Shown piece after piece: positions 40,907-52,454 of a DNA stretch of 64,000 nucleotides. The stretch is from Lingula anatina (taxonomy: Eukaryota; Animalia; Brachiopoda). The notes below the pieces were generated by a model. The model had not been told where the DNA came from, did not search any database, and saw only the letters and a list, made by a program, of their open reading frames with translations. The stretch is taken from NCBI GenBank assembly GCA_051362555.1, contig CM120645.1:14260001-14324000 (forward strand). Direction: 5' to 3'. How positions within the stretch are numbered: position 1 is the first letter of the stretch; every line of letters starts with the position of its first letter. Made by a program: the position numbers and the translations under genes.

Positions 40907-43900
40907 TAGTCAGGCGGTTAAGTCCAAATTATATCCAGAATTGTGCAAAAGTTGATAAAAGCATGAAACTTTCCACGATGAATGACCCTTAGGTGTTTGT
41001 CAATTTTGGATCGGGGGGCAACTCCAAAATTCACAAGTACCCGGATGAGACGCTTTCTTAAATATGCTGACTCAGCATTTTATGTACATTCAGATTTCAT
41101 CAAAACGAGCACTAACAGTACTAATTATGATACGATAAATAGATTTTAAAAAACGTACGCTCACTGTGCACATCTATGAGAGCAATGATGACGTCACGAT
41201 GACGTCACTGGGTGATATTGCACAATTTAGAATGACAAATATCCACTTTCTCCTACAGGAACAATAGTCGAACTCTGTAATGTTTTTTCCGTAATTTTTA
41301 TTACAGAAATGCATCCTTTAGGGTTAGAAAGGTAAAATTAGCTTGATTGCAACTTCAGAGACATTGAGCATTTTCAATATGGCCGTCAATTTTTGAGGAA
41401 AAACAGAAAAACAACCAGAAGTCGACGGATGTACTTTATTTGTGGCTGTTGTGAATGTGTTTCATGTCGGTAGAACACAGTAGGGCACAAGACTACATCC
41501 TAGCACGTCGTTGTTACTGATAAAAAAAAAACAAAATGTCCGCCAAAAAAGAGGGTAGAGGCAGAGGGTAAAGTAAATTGGCAAAATCAGCATATTTCTA
41601 GTATCATCAGTCTAATTAACGGCATCTTCTTCTTTGATTTTTCCGTTCATCGTGATTTTTCGTTAGCTTTTATCCTACACTACCATTATCTGCTTGTTTA
41701 ATATTCAACTTATGTGTGGTGAGGGCTTAAGCCCTCCAAGTAGTCAGGTTACCAACCTAATTGGTCCCATAGTTGAACAATACTATGTTGTTTTCTGTAA
41801 TTGTTTGAAAAAGAAATGCCCCTTTTTTGGTCAGAAAAGTCAACTTAGCTTGGCTTTACTAACTTCTGGGACATTGGCACTTTTCGTTACCCAAAATGGC
41901 TGCCAATTTTTACGCAAATTTAGATAAGTATTCATAGCAATTTACATCAAACTATATACAGTGCGTGAAGATTCTTCATTTTAAAGTCTATTTGCATGTT
42001 AACAAATACAGAGATGGTGTTTCTTAGGGTTTTCTTTCCCATAATCTGCATGTCACTTTAATAGAAATAGCAAAATAGCCACCAAATTCACAAATTTGAA
42101 GTTGTGCTTCTTTATTCTGACCACATGGGTGCTAAAAATCCTAGGAATATGTCCCGACATCGTGTCTATCCCCAAGAAAAGCCACACGGAAGGCGTGCTG
42201 CAACTGCACTGAGACTGAACGGACTCGGTATGATCACTTTCACCCGACAAAGCGAATTTTCCCTACAATAACATATCCTTTAGTCTGGGTTCCAATCCAA
42301 CATACGGGCTTCTACGTCTGGTCTACGACCAAAAAATTGATGTCAAGTTGTAAAAATGCCTAAAAAGACAGCAAAGAGCAAGAGTGGAGAGGGGGATCGG
42401 GGACAAGCAAAGTTTGATTGGGCTCACCATCTTTGAACACTGCTGCGGATATAAAGACCTTCTCAAACATGCACCTGTTTTTATACCTCCCCCAAAACAT
42501 CTCAACACGTAAGATTCCCGTGCAAAGGACGAGCAACAACCAAGGCTGCCCTACGTCTACTTGCGTTGCCCTTGCGTTGCCTGTACTCCTTGTACGCATT
42601 ACGTACGTAGTGCACGATGCGGGACACGTGCTAAAGCCCGTCGGGCGCAAAGATACTTCTGACACGCGGAGGCTGAGCTTCTCAGGTACTGTCCACGCAC
42701 TTTCTTCTTGCGCACTAATTACAATCACCAGTTACTTGATTTCTTCCCTGCGATCTAGCTACGGCCCAGCCAGACGAGAGGAACCTAAAATACCGTACGT
42801 CCTGAAAATCGTGCGTGGAGTTGGGACCCAGGCTTAAGCTCATATAAAGCCTAGGTCCCAACCGAACGTACGGGCTGCTACGTGTGGTCTACGGCCAAAA
42901 AAAATGTGCAAAACGTGCGTGAGGAGCACGTCCATCTTGCGACTTTTGGAGGACGCAAACAGCACGTAGAAACTTTTCGACATGATCAACAGCCGCTACG
43001 TGCGATCTAGCTACGTCCTAGCAGGACGCAAGGAACCTAAATACCGTGCGTCCAAAACGTAGTTGGGACCTATAGGCTTTAGCGACAAAACACGGCACAA
43101 GCATGTACTGTAGAGGTAATTGCCGTTGCCCGTAGCCACTTACGATGTCATAAAAAATCCCACGGAAAACGTGTACGAGTTCATTGTACGGCGTCCGTAG
43201 CAAATGTCATTTAGACTTTGGCGATCCAAACGAGATGAAGAGGCAATTTTCATATCGTCAGCGGAATATCGGTAGCGATCCGAGCGAGACGAGAAGGTAA
43301 TTTTCATATTTGTTTTAGGGACTTCGTCAGCAGAAGATCGTCAGCGGGAGATAGTTATTGATCCGAGCAAAAAGAGAAGGCAATTTGAATATTTGTTCAA
43401 GGGCCTCATTAGTGGAAGATCGTCAGCGGGAGACCCAGTGGTTAGGATGCGTTCATTCGCAACTGAGTGAAATATGCTAATGTCTAACCCTGCAAGAGCA
43501 AAATTTATTCACATGGTTGAGATGGTAACAACTGACTACTGAATGTTTATTTTGCATTAAAACGTGTTCTAGCAGTTCAGACTCCCACCAAAAGGAAATT
43601 GCCAAAATAAGTCGGTAATTGATTTTTGAAATATTTTTATACTATTTTTCAAATATTTTTATTTATACCCCCCTCCTTTGAAAATTATTCTTTCTTTTTT
43701 TCATTTCATTCCTTTTATTTTTGAGTGTCAAACTAGCTGATAATGATAGGTAAGGATCATGGCTAATTAAAAATCTAAATGAACAGAAAAATCGAAGGCA
43801 TAAAAAGTTTTAATTAGACTAATAATACACGTTATAGACTGACTATACTACTATACTTCATCCGCTGCTGTATGCGTTGGCGGCCATTTTGATTTTTCAA

Positions 43901-44501
43901 TAACAGAAACATGCTAGTATGCAGTCATTTATCCTACTGTGTTCTTATGACGGGAAATGTGTTCAAAATAGCCACAAATAAATTATATCTGTCAACTCTT
44001 GGTTGTTTTTCTATTTTCTCTAAAAATTGACGGCCATATTGAAAATGCTCAAAGTCTCGGAAGTAGAAACCAAGCCAACTCAACCTATCTAGCACTCAAG
44101 GATGCATTTCTGTAATGAACATTTACAGGAAATATCATTGCAGGGTTCGACTATTTGGCACATGCGAGTGAGTGGATATTTGTCATTTTGTATTGTGCAA
44201 TATCTCCCAGTGACGTCATCATGACGTCATCATTGTTGTAATAGATGTTTACAGTTAGTGTACGTTTCTCAAATTTATTCATGTTATCATAATTAACGCC
44301 GGTAGTGCTCGTTTACGTGAATTCTGGATGTACATAAAATGCTGAGTCAGCATATTTTAAGAAAGCGGCTCATCCGGGTACTTGTGAATTTTGGAGTTGC
44401 CCCCCGATCCAAAATTGACAAACACCCAATGGTCATTCATCGTGGAAAGTTTCATGCTTTTATCAACTTTTGCACAATTTTTTAGCTTAGCCGCCTAACT
44501 A
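40907..44501. mobile_element. Non-autonomous DNA transposon with ~600 bp imperfect TIRs and 3-bp TSD (AAC); Academ-like
   Basis: aac|TAGTCAGGCGG...CCGCCTAACTA|aac; ~40907-41510 is the inverted match of ~43910-44501; no transposase ORF. The superfamily is inferred from TAG termini, long TIRs and the 3-bp TSD. Confidence 0.8.
42281..43080. mobile_element. Two adjacent related Harbinger-like MITEs (~42282-42835 and ~42848-43077) nested in the long-TIR element
   Basis: TIRs agtctgggttccaa / ttgggacccaggct and agcctaggtcccaac / gttgggacctataggct; TTA/TAA flanks; shared subterminal tacggg..tacgt..ggtctacg and gatctagctacg..ggaacctaaa motifs. Confidence 0.7.
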
Positions 44502-45554
44502 AACCTGTTCTAATCATATGGGAGCCCGGACTTAGCATTCCTGGCACAGGAATGTTAGTCCTAAAAATGGAAGTCAGGGGTCCCATATGAATGGTACAAG
44601 TTAAGGTTAGTTGGACTATTGGGGTTAGTATATATCAAAAGTGCAGTCTACTTTTTGTAACATATTGTAAAAAGCTATTTGAGTCGGCTAGTAAAGTATG
44701 TATTTGTTTCTTTGTTTTTTTTTTTTTTTTTTTTTTTTTACTTTCTTTAGTGATACTTCGCTACATTGGCAACGGTTTGTAACTATGCCACTGACTTTTT
44801 TAATGAAGTCATTTTCTTGGGTTCTTTCCTTTTGGTAAAGATTGCATGATTTGATAATTTTAAGTCAATGTCGGATATCTTGTAATTAAAATCACCAAGC
44901 TGTGAGATTGACATTTGTTTTACAATAAAGTCTTTCTTATAAATCCGTTTCAAAACTTGTGTTGTTTTGATTTCGAACATTTCATAGAGTATCAAAGCAT
45001 TAAATACTTTGGAAATTTAATGCTAGATTGTTTATTTGAACCTTCTTTCCATCTCCCGTCTGGATAAAATCTGTAAAAGGGGCTTTTATCATAGAACTGG
45101 GTATAGTTGAAAAAAATTGTTTAGTGAGTTTTTTCGGATGTAAGGACAGGTCTGAAAATTCTAATATGGCCACCAATCAAATATGGCAGTTGCTTCTAAT
45201 ACAGTGACTGAAAATCTTCGAATAGATAAAATTGCTCTTCTAAAATTATCAAGCCCAGTATTTACATTAAAATTATTCAATCAGTCAAAATTTAGCCATA
45301 CATCATTTTTTACCAAATGAAATAAATGGCGAGCAGCATTTTCATATTTCAGGAATTTAAATATCATTGAAATGGACATTCATTGAGACTCAAAAACATT
45401 ATATACTATAAATAAATTCAATGCCTTGAGAGGTTTGAATGTTCGTGCAAACTAAAATATACTTAAGTCATGTAATTGCCAGTACATTTATTCTTTATAT
45501 TTACAAAATTTCTCATGCACCTATTTTACCCTAAATACCCTAAAATATTGTCTA

Positions 45555-47126
45555 TCATTCCCCCTTTGTCTTTACATCAGGTTTTCTACGATACATTTTT
45601 GGAACAAGGGAGTACAAAACTTTAGAAAGAATCCAAATTACAATTAGAACACAAAACGTTATTATGATGATGAAACCTATTACATCGAGCAATAAATACT
45701 GAAACCAGTTTAATCTCTCCATAGCTTGTGAATGAAAATGCATTGCCTCTTTGTTCCTGATTACATACTCGATCCAAAACCTCATCGTATCTTTGCCGTT
45801 CATCGGTTGATCACGAACAAGAGCCGAAGCACGTTTTGCATTTTCATAATATGAGGGGTTAGTCAAGACTGATTTAATCGTGGCGCCAAACGCTTGTTCG
45901 GTGAGATTATAAAAGTCCAGTTCTTCACCCATCCCAATGCGTTGCACCAACTTCTTTGCGTGACTAAACTGGTCAAAAAACAGGGGCACTGCAATCACAG
46001 GAACGCCGTGGAATAATGCCTCATGGGAGCTGCTGACGCCACAGTGGGTGATAAAAAGGCGAGTTTTGTCATGCCCCAAAAGATCATTTTGTGGTATCCA
46101 TGATAGCATCTTTGTATTATTCCCGAGTCTTTGCACATTGAATTTTGAGTTTCTCAATATCACCTTCTGAGGAAGACGTGCGAAAACTCGGGCTATCATT
46201 GCCATAGTTTCAGAGCTAAGCCCTGCTATCATTGTCCCGAAGCTCATGATGATGATACCGTGCTCTCCCGATGACTGCACGAACCGTTCCAAATCTTCTG
46301 GAAGAGGCTTGGCAGGATGGAAGAGCAGTCCGGAAACTGGTTTGACCCAAGGCATGACTGGACGGGGGTAGTCAAATACAAAATCAACATTCACTATGAC
46401 AAGTGATAATCTTGTTGGAGCTTCCAATATAGACAATGAAGTGTTAAGATTGTATTTGAGTTTGGCCTCACTGAAAGGTTCTATCATTTTACCAAGGACA
46501 TAATGTGTGCCAAAAATAGACAGTGTATTGATTAATCTCTCCCAAAAATCCATCCTATCCGAGGATTTTCCAGTTGTTGACGGTACGTACGAAGGGTTGA
46601 GGGGAGAAAAATAGTACCAATCATCGCCAAATCCTAAATTCGAATATCCTACCCCAGGAATGCCCAAATAATCCCTCACTATGAGCCCCTGTGGTGAAAG
46701 TATATCCATGAAAACCAAGTCGAACTCTTCGTTGACCATTTTCATAATAACACCACTATCATTAAAAAGCGAGTCAAGTAAGTCTTTGCTATATTCTATC
46801 CAACTTGACATAAATACGAATGGATCTTTCCGCATCTCGTGCAGAAACGTCTCCTCCGAAATCTCAAAAGGCAATGTATCTAGTTTGAAAGTAATTGTAC
46901 GTATTTTTTCTGGGACGTTCTTGGGGAAGCAGTTGGAGGGAAGCAACATGGCAACGTCGTGGTTGTGCTCCGACAGCATTTGACCAATCTTCACCACGTT
47001 CATGAGGCGAGAGGTTTGCTGATGAATATACGGGATCAGTAATATCTTGGAACTTGAAATGTCCTCCACCTGTGTAGATACAACAAGCACGGCCACACAC
47101 CACAAGGCTGTCGTTGTGATCCTCAT
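45555..47126 (-). CDS. Intronless UDP-glycosyltransferase, copy B
   Basis: Likely ATG at 47126; same signal peptide, UDPGT signature, TM and KTKGE tail; one codon shorter than copy A. Confidence 0.96.
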   Translation of the reverse strand: MRITTTALWCVAVLVVSTQVEDISSSKILLIPYIHQQTSRLMNVVKIGQMLSEHNHDVAMLLPSNCFPKNVPEKIRTITFKLDTLPFEISEETFLHEMRKDPFVFMSSWIEYSKDLLDSLFNDSGVIMKMVNEEFDLVFMDILSPQGLIVRDYLGIPGVGYSNLGFGDDWYYFSPLNPSYVPSTTGKSSDRMDFWERLINTLSIFGTHYVLGKMIEPFSEAKLKYNLNTSLSILEAPTRLSLVIVNVDFVFDYPRPVMPWVKPVSGLLFHPAKPLPEDLERFVQSSGEHGIIIMSFGTMIAGLSSETMAMIARVFARLPQKVILRNSKFNVQRLGNNTKMLSWIPQNDLLGHDKTRLFITHCGVSSSHEALFHGVPVIAVPLFFDQFSHAKKLVQRIGMGEELDFYNLTEQAFGATIKSVLTNPSYYENAKRASALVRDQPMNGKDTMRFWIEYVIRNKEAMHFHSQAMERLNWFQYLLLDVIGFIIIITFCVLIVIWILSKVLYSLVPKMYRRKPDVKTKGE

Positions 47127-48160
47127 CTTGCTCACGTTGTTAACGTAGATGGGATGGAACCCAGGTGCGTTTCTCAGAGTCACGCAAGCCACCTAGCCGT
47201 TCAAGCTGTACCTCAGTGATCTCGACCTGTAACCGGTTTGCTTGATATCGACGCGACACTCCGCTATCGTATAAGCCAGTTGGTTGTTTTCTGAACTTGA
47301 TAATCTCCTTAACAGACATAGCCCTTCGGCCTAACTGGCATAGTTGACTTCGTGAACTGTATGGATCCTAAATTTAACAGAGTCGCACTCGCAGGAAGGC
47401 CCCTATATAGAGTGGAAACGTCTAAGATATGCCTAAATTGCACTGACCACTGCCCACACTGTGTCCTATATAGCTCTGTTTGAATGGAGCTCGATAAAGC
47501 GCTATTATCTAAGAGCTTAATTTAGGCCAACGTAGACCTATTCATGGTACATGTATGAGAAGTGCAAATAAAGCATAGGTTATAGGTCGCCTGACATTTA
47601 AGACGGTATGGGGTCATAACAACACGTGTCTGATAAAATGTGCCTCTCTCAAGTCGATATTATATTTGAAATGGGATACCCTTACAGTGCACGTATGCTC
47701 AGTTACATTTGTAATGCGACCCTTGGACATAAAATGCCCAAGGTCCATATTCTTCCCGTATTGATCCCTATCGTGCGGCGTCAATGGGAGGCAGGCGTTG
47801 GCCTCATGAAATCTTGGACATCGCACGCATTCAAGGTCTCCGTGGCCCCTTGCTTTTATATCGACAGTGGCGGTGTAACAGGAATGCGAATCCGTTAGGA
47901 ACCGTGGTCCGCTTCCCATTACTTTGCACAGGTGACATTCGTCCCATATACTAGGAGACACAAGGTAATCCGAACTACCTGTATATTAGAAGTATTTACC
48001 TGTATGTTGCCATCTAGAAAAAAATGTCTTCGTGGGTAAATCCATGGCCGGTCCTCTGTATTAATAATAAATAGGTGTTTTTGGCGGTTGTTTGAATATT
48101 ATTATTTATTCATTTTAGTGTGGTCTTGTGTGTCTCAGGAACTGGAAGATCAGATCAGAC

Positions 48161-49223
48161 ATGTCGACAGCGGCATTCAAAAACCTTGCAGCTTCAAGGT
48201 GAAACTTCCCAAGTTCCCCCGTGTTTTCTACGCCCCTTGGATAGTGTTCCGTAGAAATCTTAGGGGCATCACAAGTCTTGGTCTGCCGGCTGCTGGAAAC
48301 AGTGGCCACATCGCCGAAGAGTGGCGCGGAGATGTCGCAACACCTATCGTTGTCAAGTTTTTCCGTTCGGTATATTCTTTCGATACCATCGCTAATTGGC
48401 TGCGTTTTGCCCAGGTTCTTGGAGACGCTGGTGTTTCCCCAAAATATGAAGGTCTGTTTGATGTCAATGATCTGAAGAACTTTCCAACTGAATTTAAACG
48501 TACGCTATGTTGTATTCAGCGACGCTGGGTAGTTCCATATAAGCAGTACCATACGGTCGGCATGGTTACTGAATTCATCAGAGTTGGAGGTGAAGATATA
48601 TCACTTCATGCGTCTCATTACACGCATCGCAGAAAAGCTGGCCAAAATGCACCAGATGGGCTTTGTACACAACTACCTCAATGGACGTCACATTTGTTTG
48701 CAGTCCATCAGTGACGATCATGAAATGATGGAGCCTTATATCTGCAACTTTAGTCGCACCAGAAAGATAGACAGCGTCAACCCGTACACCATTCACCGTC
48801 AGCGAGACCCACTATCCCAAGCGGCCTACAAGGCACTTTTAGGCAGCTTTGCTCCAGAGGTGCGCGAAGGAGTCGATTCTACCCAGGCGAGCGACGTGTA
48901 CAGCTTCGGGTGCACGATGGTCGATAAGCCCCCTTAAAGCAGTCCTCGGAATTGAAGCTCTAGTCAATACCTGCCTGAGAGAAGACCCGCGCGGGCGTCC
49001 AAAAATGCCTCTGCTGGCACAGGTGCTCAGAAACAAAACCACCATTATGGAGAAGAATCTCGGTTTCCCAATTACTGCTGGTATTGATGCTCGTCGCTCA
49101 AAGGTTTCTTTGAGCACTACACCTTATGTCCACAGGTTCTCCTCGAGACTTACCCGGCGACAGGAGGGGTTTCTGGACGGTCTCCAATCCCGCGGCGCTA
49201 TTGCAATTGGGAACATAAAGTAG
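48161..49223 (+). pseudogene. Intronless, frameshifted, divergent protein kinase-like pseudogene
   Basis: Kinase subdomains are spread over three frames: AAGNSGHI..IVVKFF..MVTEFI (ORF 48088); IAEKLAKMHQMGFVHNYLNGRHI..ICNFS..FAPEV..SDVYSFG (ORF 48584); LVNTCLREDPRGRP (ORF 48849). Frameshifts near 48610 and 48925, and probably ~48180. Confidence 0.8.
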
Positions 49224-51499
49224 AAACAATACTGAGACCTGAACAGACCACTGCACCATTTTTCTTATTGTTTGTTTTAGATATTTTGAGATGCATAAAC
49301 TCTGGAATAAGTTTGCTGATGTATTTTGAAACTAAGATCAACTCATAAAATATTCATATATTGTTTACTTTTTTCTTTACGTAGAACGACACACTTTATA
49401 CTAAACCCAACTTTATTCGACGGTGCTTGAAAAATACCAGTGTCACTTTTGATTAAAAAAAAAGTTGCTTTACTTGCATTTATTCAAAACACTAGTTTCC
49501 TTCATTGCAACATGCTCTCCATCGATATAGATGTGCAATTCTTGTAAATATTCCGTTAATTCTGTAAATAATTACTTTGTATATATAGGTTGTTGGAATG
49601 CAATGTGAATCCGACGTTTTAGTCTAGTCTTTTCTATACACATAAAAATCAATGGCGTCTGAATCCATTTACATCATACTGTGATAATATTAATACAAAC
49701 GTCATAAGTTGTTACTGGCACATCTGTGATATGTCTTTTCATAAGTCAAATAAAGAATAATGTAATACTAATACCTGTTAGAACTCTCTCTTTTTAATCA
49801 GAATTAAGCACTTTGGGGATAAAGGAATTATTAAAAGAAATATCAAGGGAGCTAAAACTGGCCTAGTGGGAGATAATTTAACACTTGATAAATTCCGCTA
49901 CAGTATTGATGTCTATTAAAATCCTTCCCCGAAATAATGAACACTAGAACATTGTGGTTTATTCAGTATGTATATTTTTTACGAGTCGACAGTCCGACGG
50001 TTCTAAAATCCGCACCGCACCAGCCGCCGACTAACCCCAAACCCAATTTGTAATTAGGTGTAGTTAAACAGTGTATAAAGCTCTGTCAAACCTAGCATAA
50101 AAAGGTAGGCCAACGTATGTGTATTGTATGTGACAATGATCATACGGTCAACTTTGAGCGTATGTGAAGGCATCATCATTCGTGGACAGTTTAAGTAACT
50201 ACCTCTCACCGAAAATGAGCCATACCTGTTGTAATTTGCATAACAATAAGTTGCTCATCGTTGTGCTAGCCGTCTTCCCGAATACTCACTTGGCAGTTGG
50301 ACAGAGTCGGGTGTAGACGTAACTCTATGTGTTGTGCAGTCACAAGGTCGAGACGTACATGTAGAAGCAAATAGATGATTGTGAGTATCACTTTTTCTTA
50401 TTTCTTCAGTAACCACTGCTATTAAATACTACAGGCGCAGACGAACGACGAACGAAAGAATATGTACGACAAATATTTAAGACATGAGTCCTTGATCATG
50501 AACTACTATTCTCATTGTTACTTGCATGTCACACAGATTGGTAGAATTTCACGGTTACAACACATTGGTACTCCAAATGTACAGGGTGAACGGCGCTCTA
50601 GATAACCTGACTTTTGATAGTAATCTAAGTTTGCTTGAAAACTTTTCGCTCTGTACTTTATTTTAGCTTTGTTGGGACATTTTGTGTACCCCTTGACAAT
50701 TCATTTAGTATTTTTGATCTAATTTAAAATGGCGTGGGTGTTAAAAATGTAAGCATCACCACGTGCACCAAGATCACCGATTCATTTATTAGATGATGCT
50801 TGTCACAGTTCTTACCTTCTTATCTTGGTCAAATTCTATGGTCTTATCAACGTGTATATCAATACCATAGTCAAATTCTTTGCTCAAATTTTATCGACAG
50901 AACAAACGTCTTTGATGACAATTGCGATAGTTTCAAGAGGAATTTAAAAAAAATATTTAAATGATCTTATGGCCAGTTTTGCTTCTTTTAAGTTTCATTC
51001 CCTTTTACTGATTTTTACTTTAAAATCAGTGTTTGAAAAGAATTAATATTAAAAGTTTAGACAAGCCAATAAACACGTGCACGCACGCTGTTTCAATGTA
51101 CCCCCCTCTTTGTGCTATTTCATGCCTGTTTAGTCTAAAGTAATAAACATTATAATTTTTCTTTTCAGAGGTCCAACGAGATTCTGCGTCATCAAGCAAC
51201 CTACGATGCTCAGCGTTTGTTTCCACCCAGGAACCGCATGCTCATACGTACATCTATAATGTGAAAATTTAATAAATACTTTTGTAATTTAGCTTTTTTT
51301 GTATGAAATAAAGGAGATATAGATAATAGTAATGATAAGGGGAAATGAGTAATATGATTTTGTGTTTGAGGACTTTCAAAATCAGTCTGCTAAATCCGAT
51401 CTGTTTGTAATGTCTTAATTTTTCTGATTTACGGTTTTCTATGGTACCTAAAACGTAAAGTTGAAATAGTTGTAAAAGTTATAACAATGATGGCCATAC

Positions 51500-51551
<52 letters not shown>

Positions 51552-51809
51552 GACGGATTTTTTGAGCCATTTAAACACTCTCAAAGAACATATCTAAAAC
51601 CTTTAACAACAACCGACATATAGATAAAATGTGTATATAATTTACCGTTCTGATTCTTAAAAATTCACATTGTTTTCCTTGAAAAGCAAAATAAAACGAT
51701 GGTGTTTTTCTGCCTGGATGTGGATTTTTTATACTTCTTAATATTGGATGGGTTCACTTTTGACAGGGTTTGGATTTTTGCGACCGTCAATTGATTTGAA
51801 TTTGGTGAA

Positions 51810-52413
51810 TACTAATATTTTAAAATGAAACAGAAAAATGAAAAGGCATGAAGAAATCTGATGTAACCCTAAACCTCGATTTTATAATGGCAATAGTTAA
51901 ATTTATCCAAAAATTATATTCTTACGGTAAATCATCGAACACGTTTTTTTTTTCTGTGCTTCTCTGAACCAAATTAAGATAATTAGAAATAATATAAGAA
52001 ATACATTTCTCATTCCTTCATGTATTTTGTGACCAATTTCAAGTTTAAGAAATTCATAAATGTGCAGTAAATCATGCTCATTTTATTAAATTGTACGTGG
52101 CCAAATTGAGATACTAATATTTTAAAATGAAACAGAAAAAAGAAAAGGCATGAAGAAATCTGATGTAACCCTAAACCTCGATTTTATAATGGCAATAGTT
52201 AAATTTATCCAAAAATTATATTCTTACGGTAAATCATCGAACACGTTTTTTTTTTCTGTGCTTCTCTGAACCAAATTAAGATAATTAGAAATAATATAAG
52301 AAATACATTTCTCATTCCTTCATGTATTTTGTGACCAATTTCAAGTTTTAGAAATTCATAAATGTGCAGTAAATCATGCTCATTTTATTAAATTGTACGT
52401 GGCCAAATTGAGA
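51810..52413. repeat. Near-perfect 302 bp tandem duplication
   Basis: tactaatattttaaaatgaaacag...gtggccaaattgagat occurs at ~51810 and ~52112. Confidence 0.95.
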
Positions 52414-52454
52414 TCCTTCAAATTGCCTTCAACTTGCTTTGCTCCAAATGACCC

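Larger units (their letters stand above)
40870..44634. mobile_element. Small palindromic MITE (~170 bp when rejoined) split by the long-TIR element; lies at the duplication junction
   Basis: tatactaaccccagcactccaactaaccc (40872) is the inverted match of ggttagttggactattggggttagtata (~44605-44632); internal arms catatggg..cattcctg / caggaatg..cccatatg. Confidence 0.8.
37143..47952. repeat. Tandem segmental duplication: copy A ~37143-40878, copy B ~44633-47952
   Basis: Colinear similarity from tatcaaaag(a/t)gcagtctactttttgtaac through the UGT CDS and upstream region to caggtgacatt..c(a/c)atatacta. Confidence 0.95.

Noticed and set aside
42053-43203. ORFs inside the long-TIR element as a transposase
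   Set aside because: Short, overlapping on both strands, lying over nested MITEs, with no DDE motif.
38507-47126. Baculovirus-type egt or viral origin of the UGTs
   Set aside because: They retain the C-terminal TM and dilysine motif of ER-bound animal UGTs, and no viral core genes are nearby.
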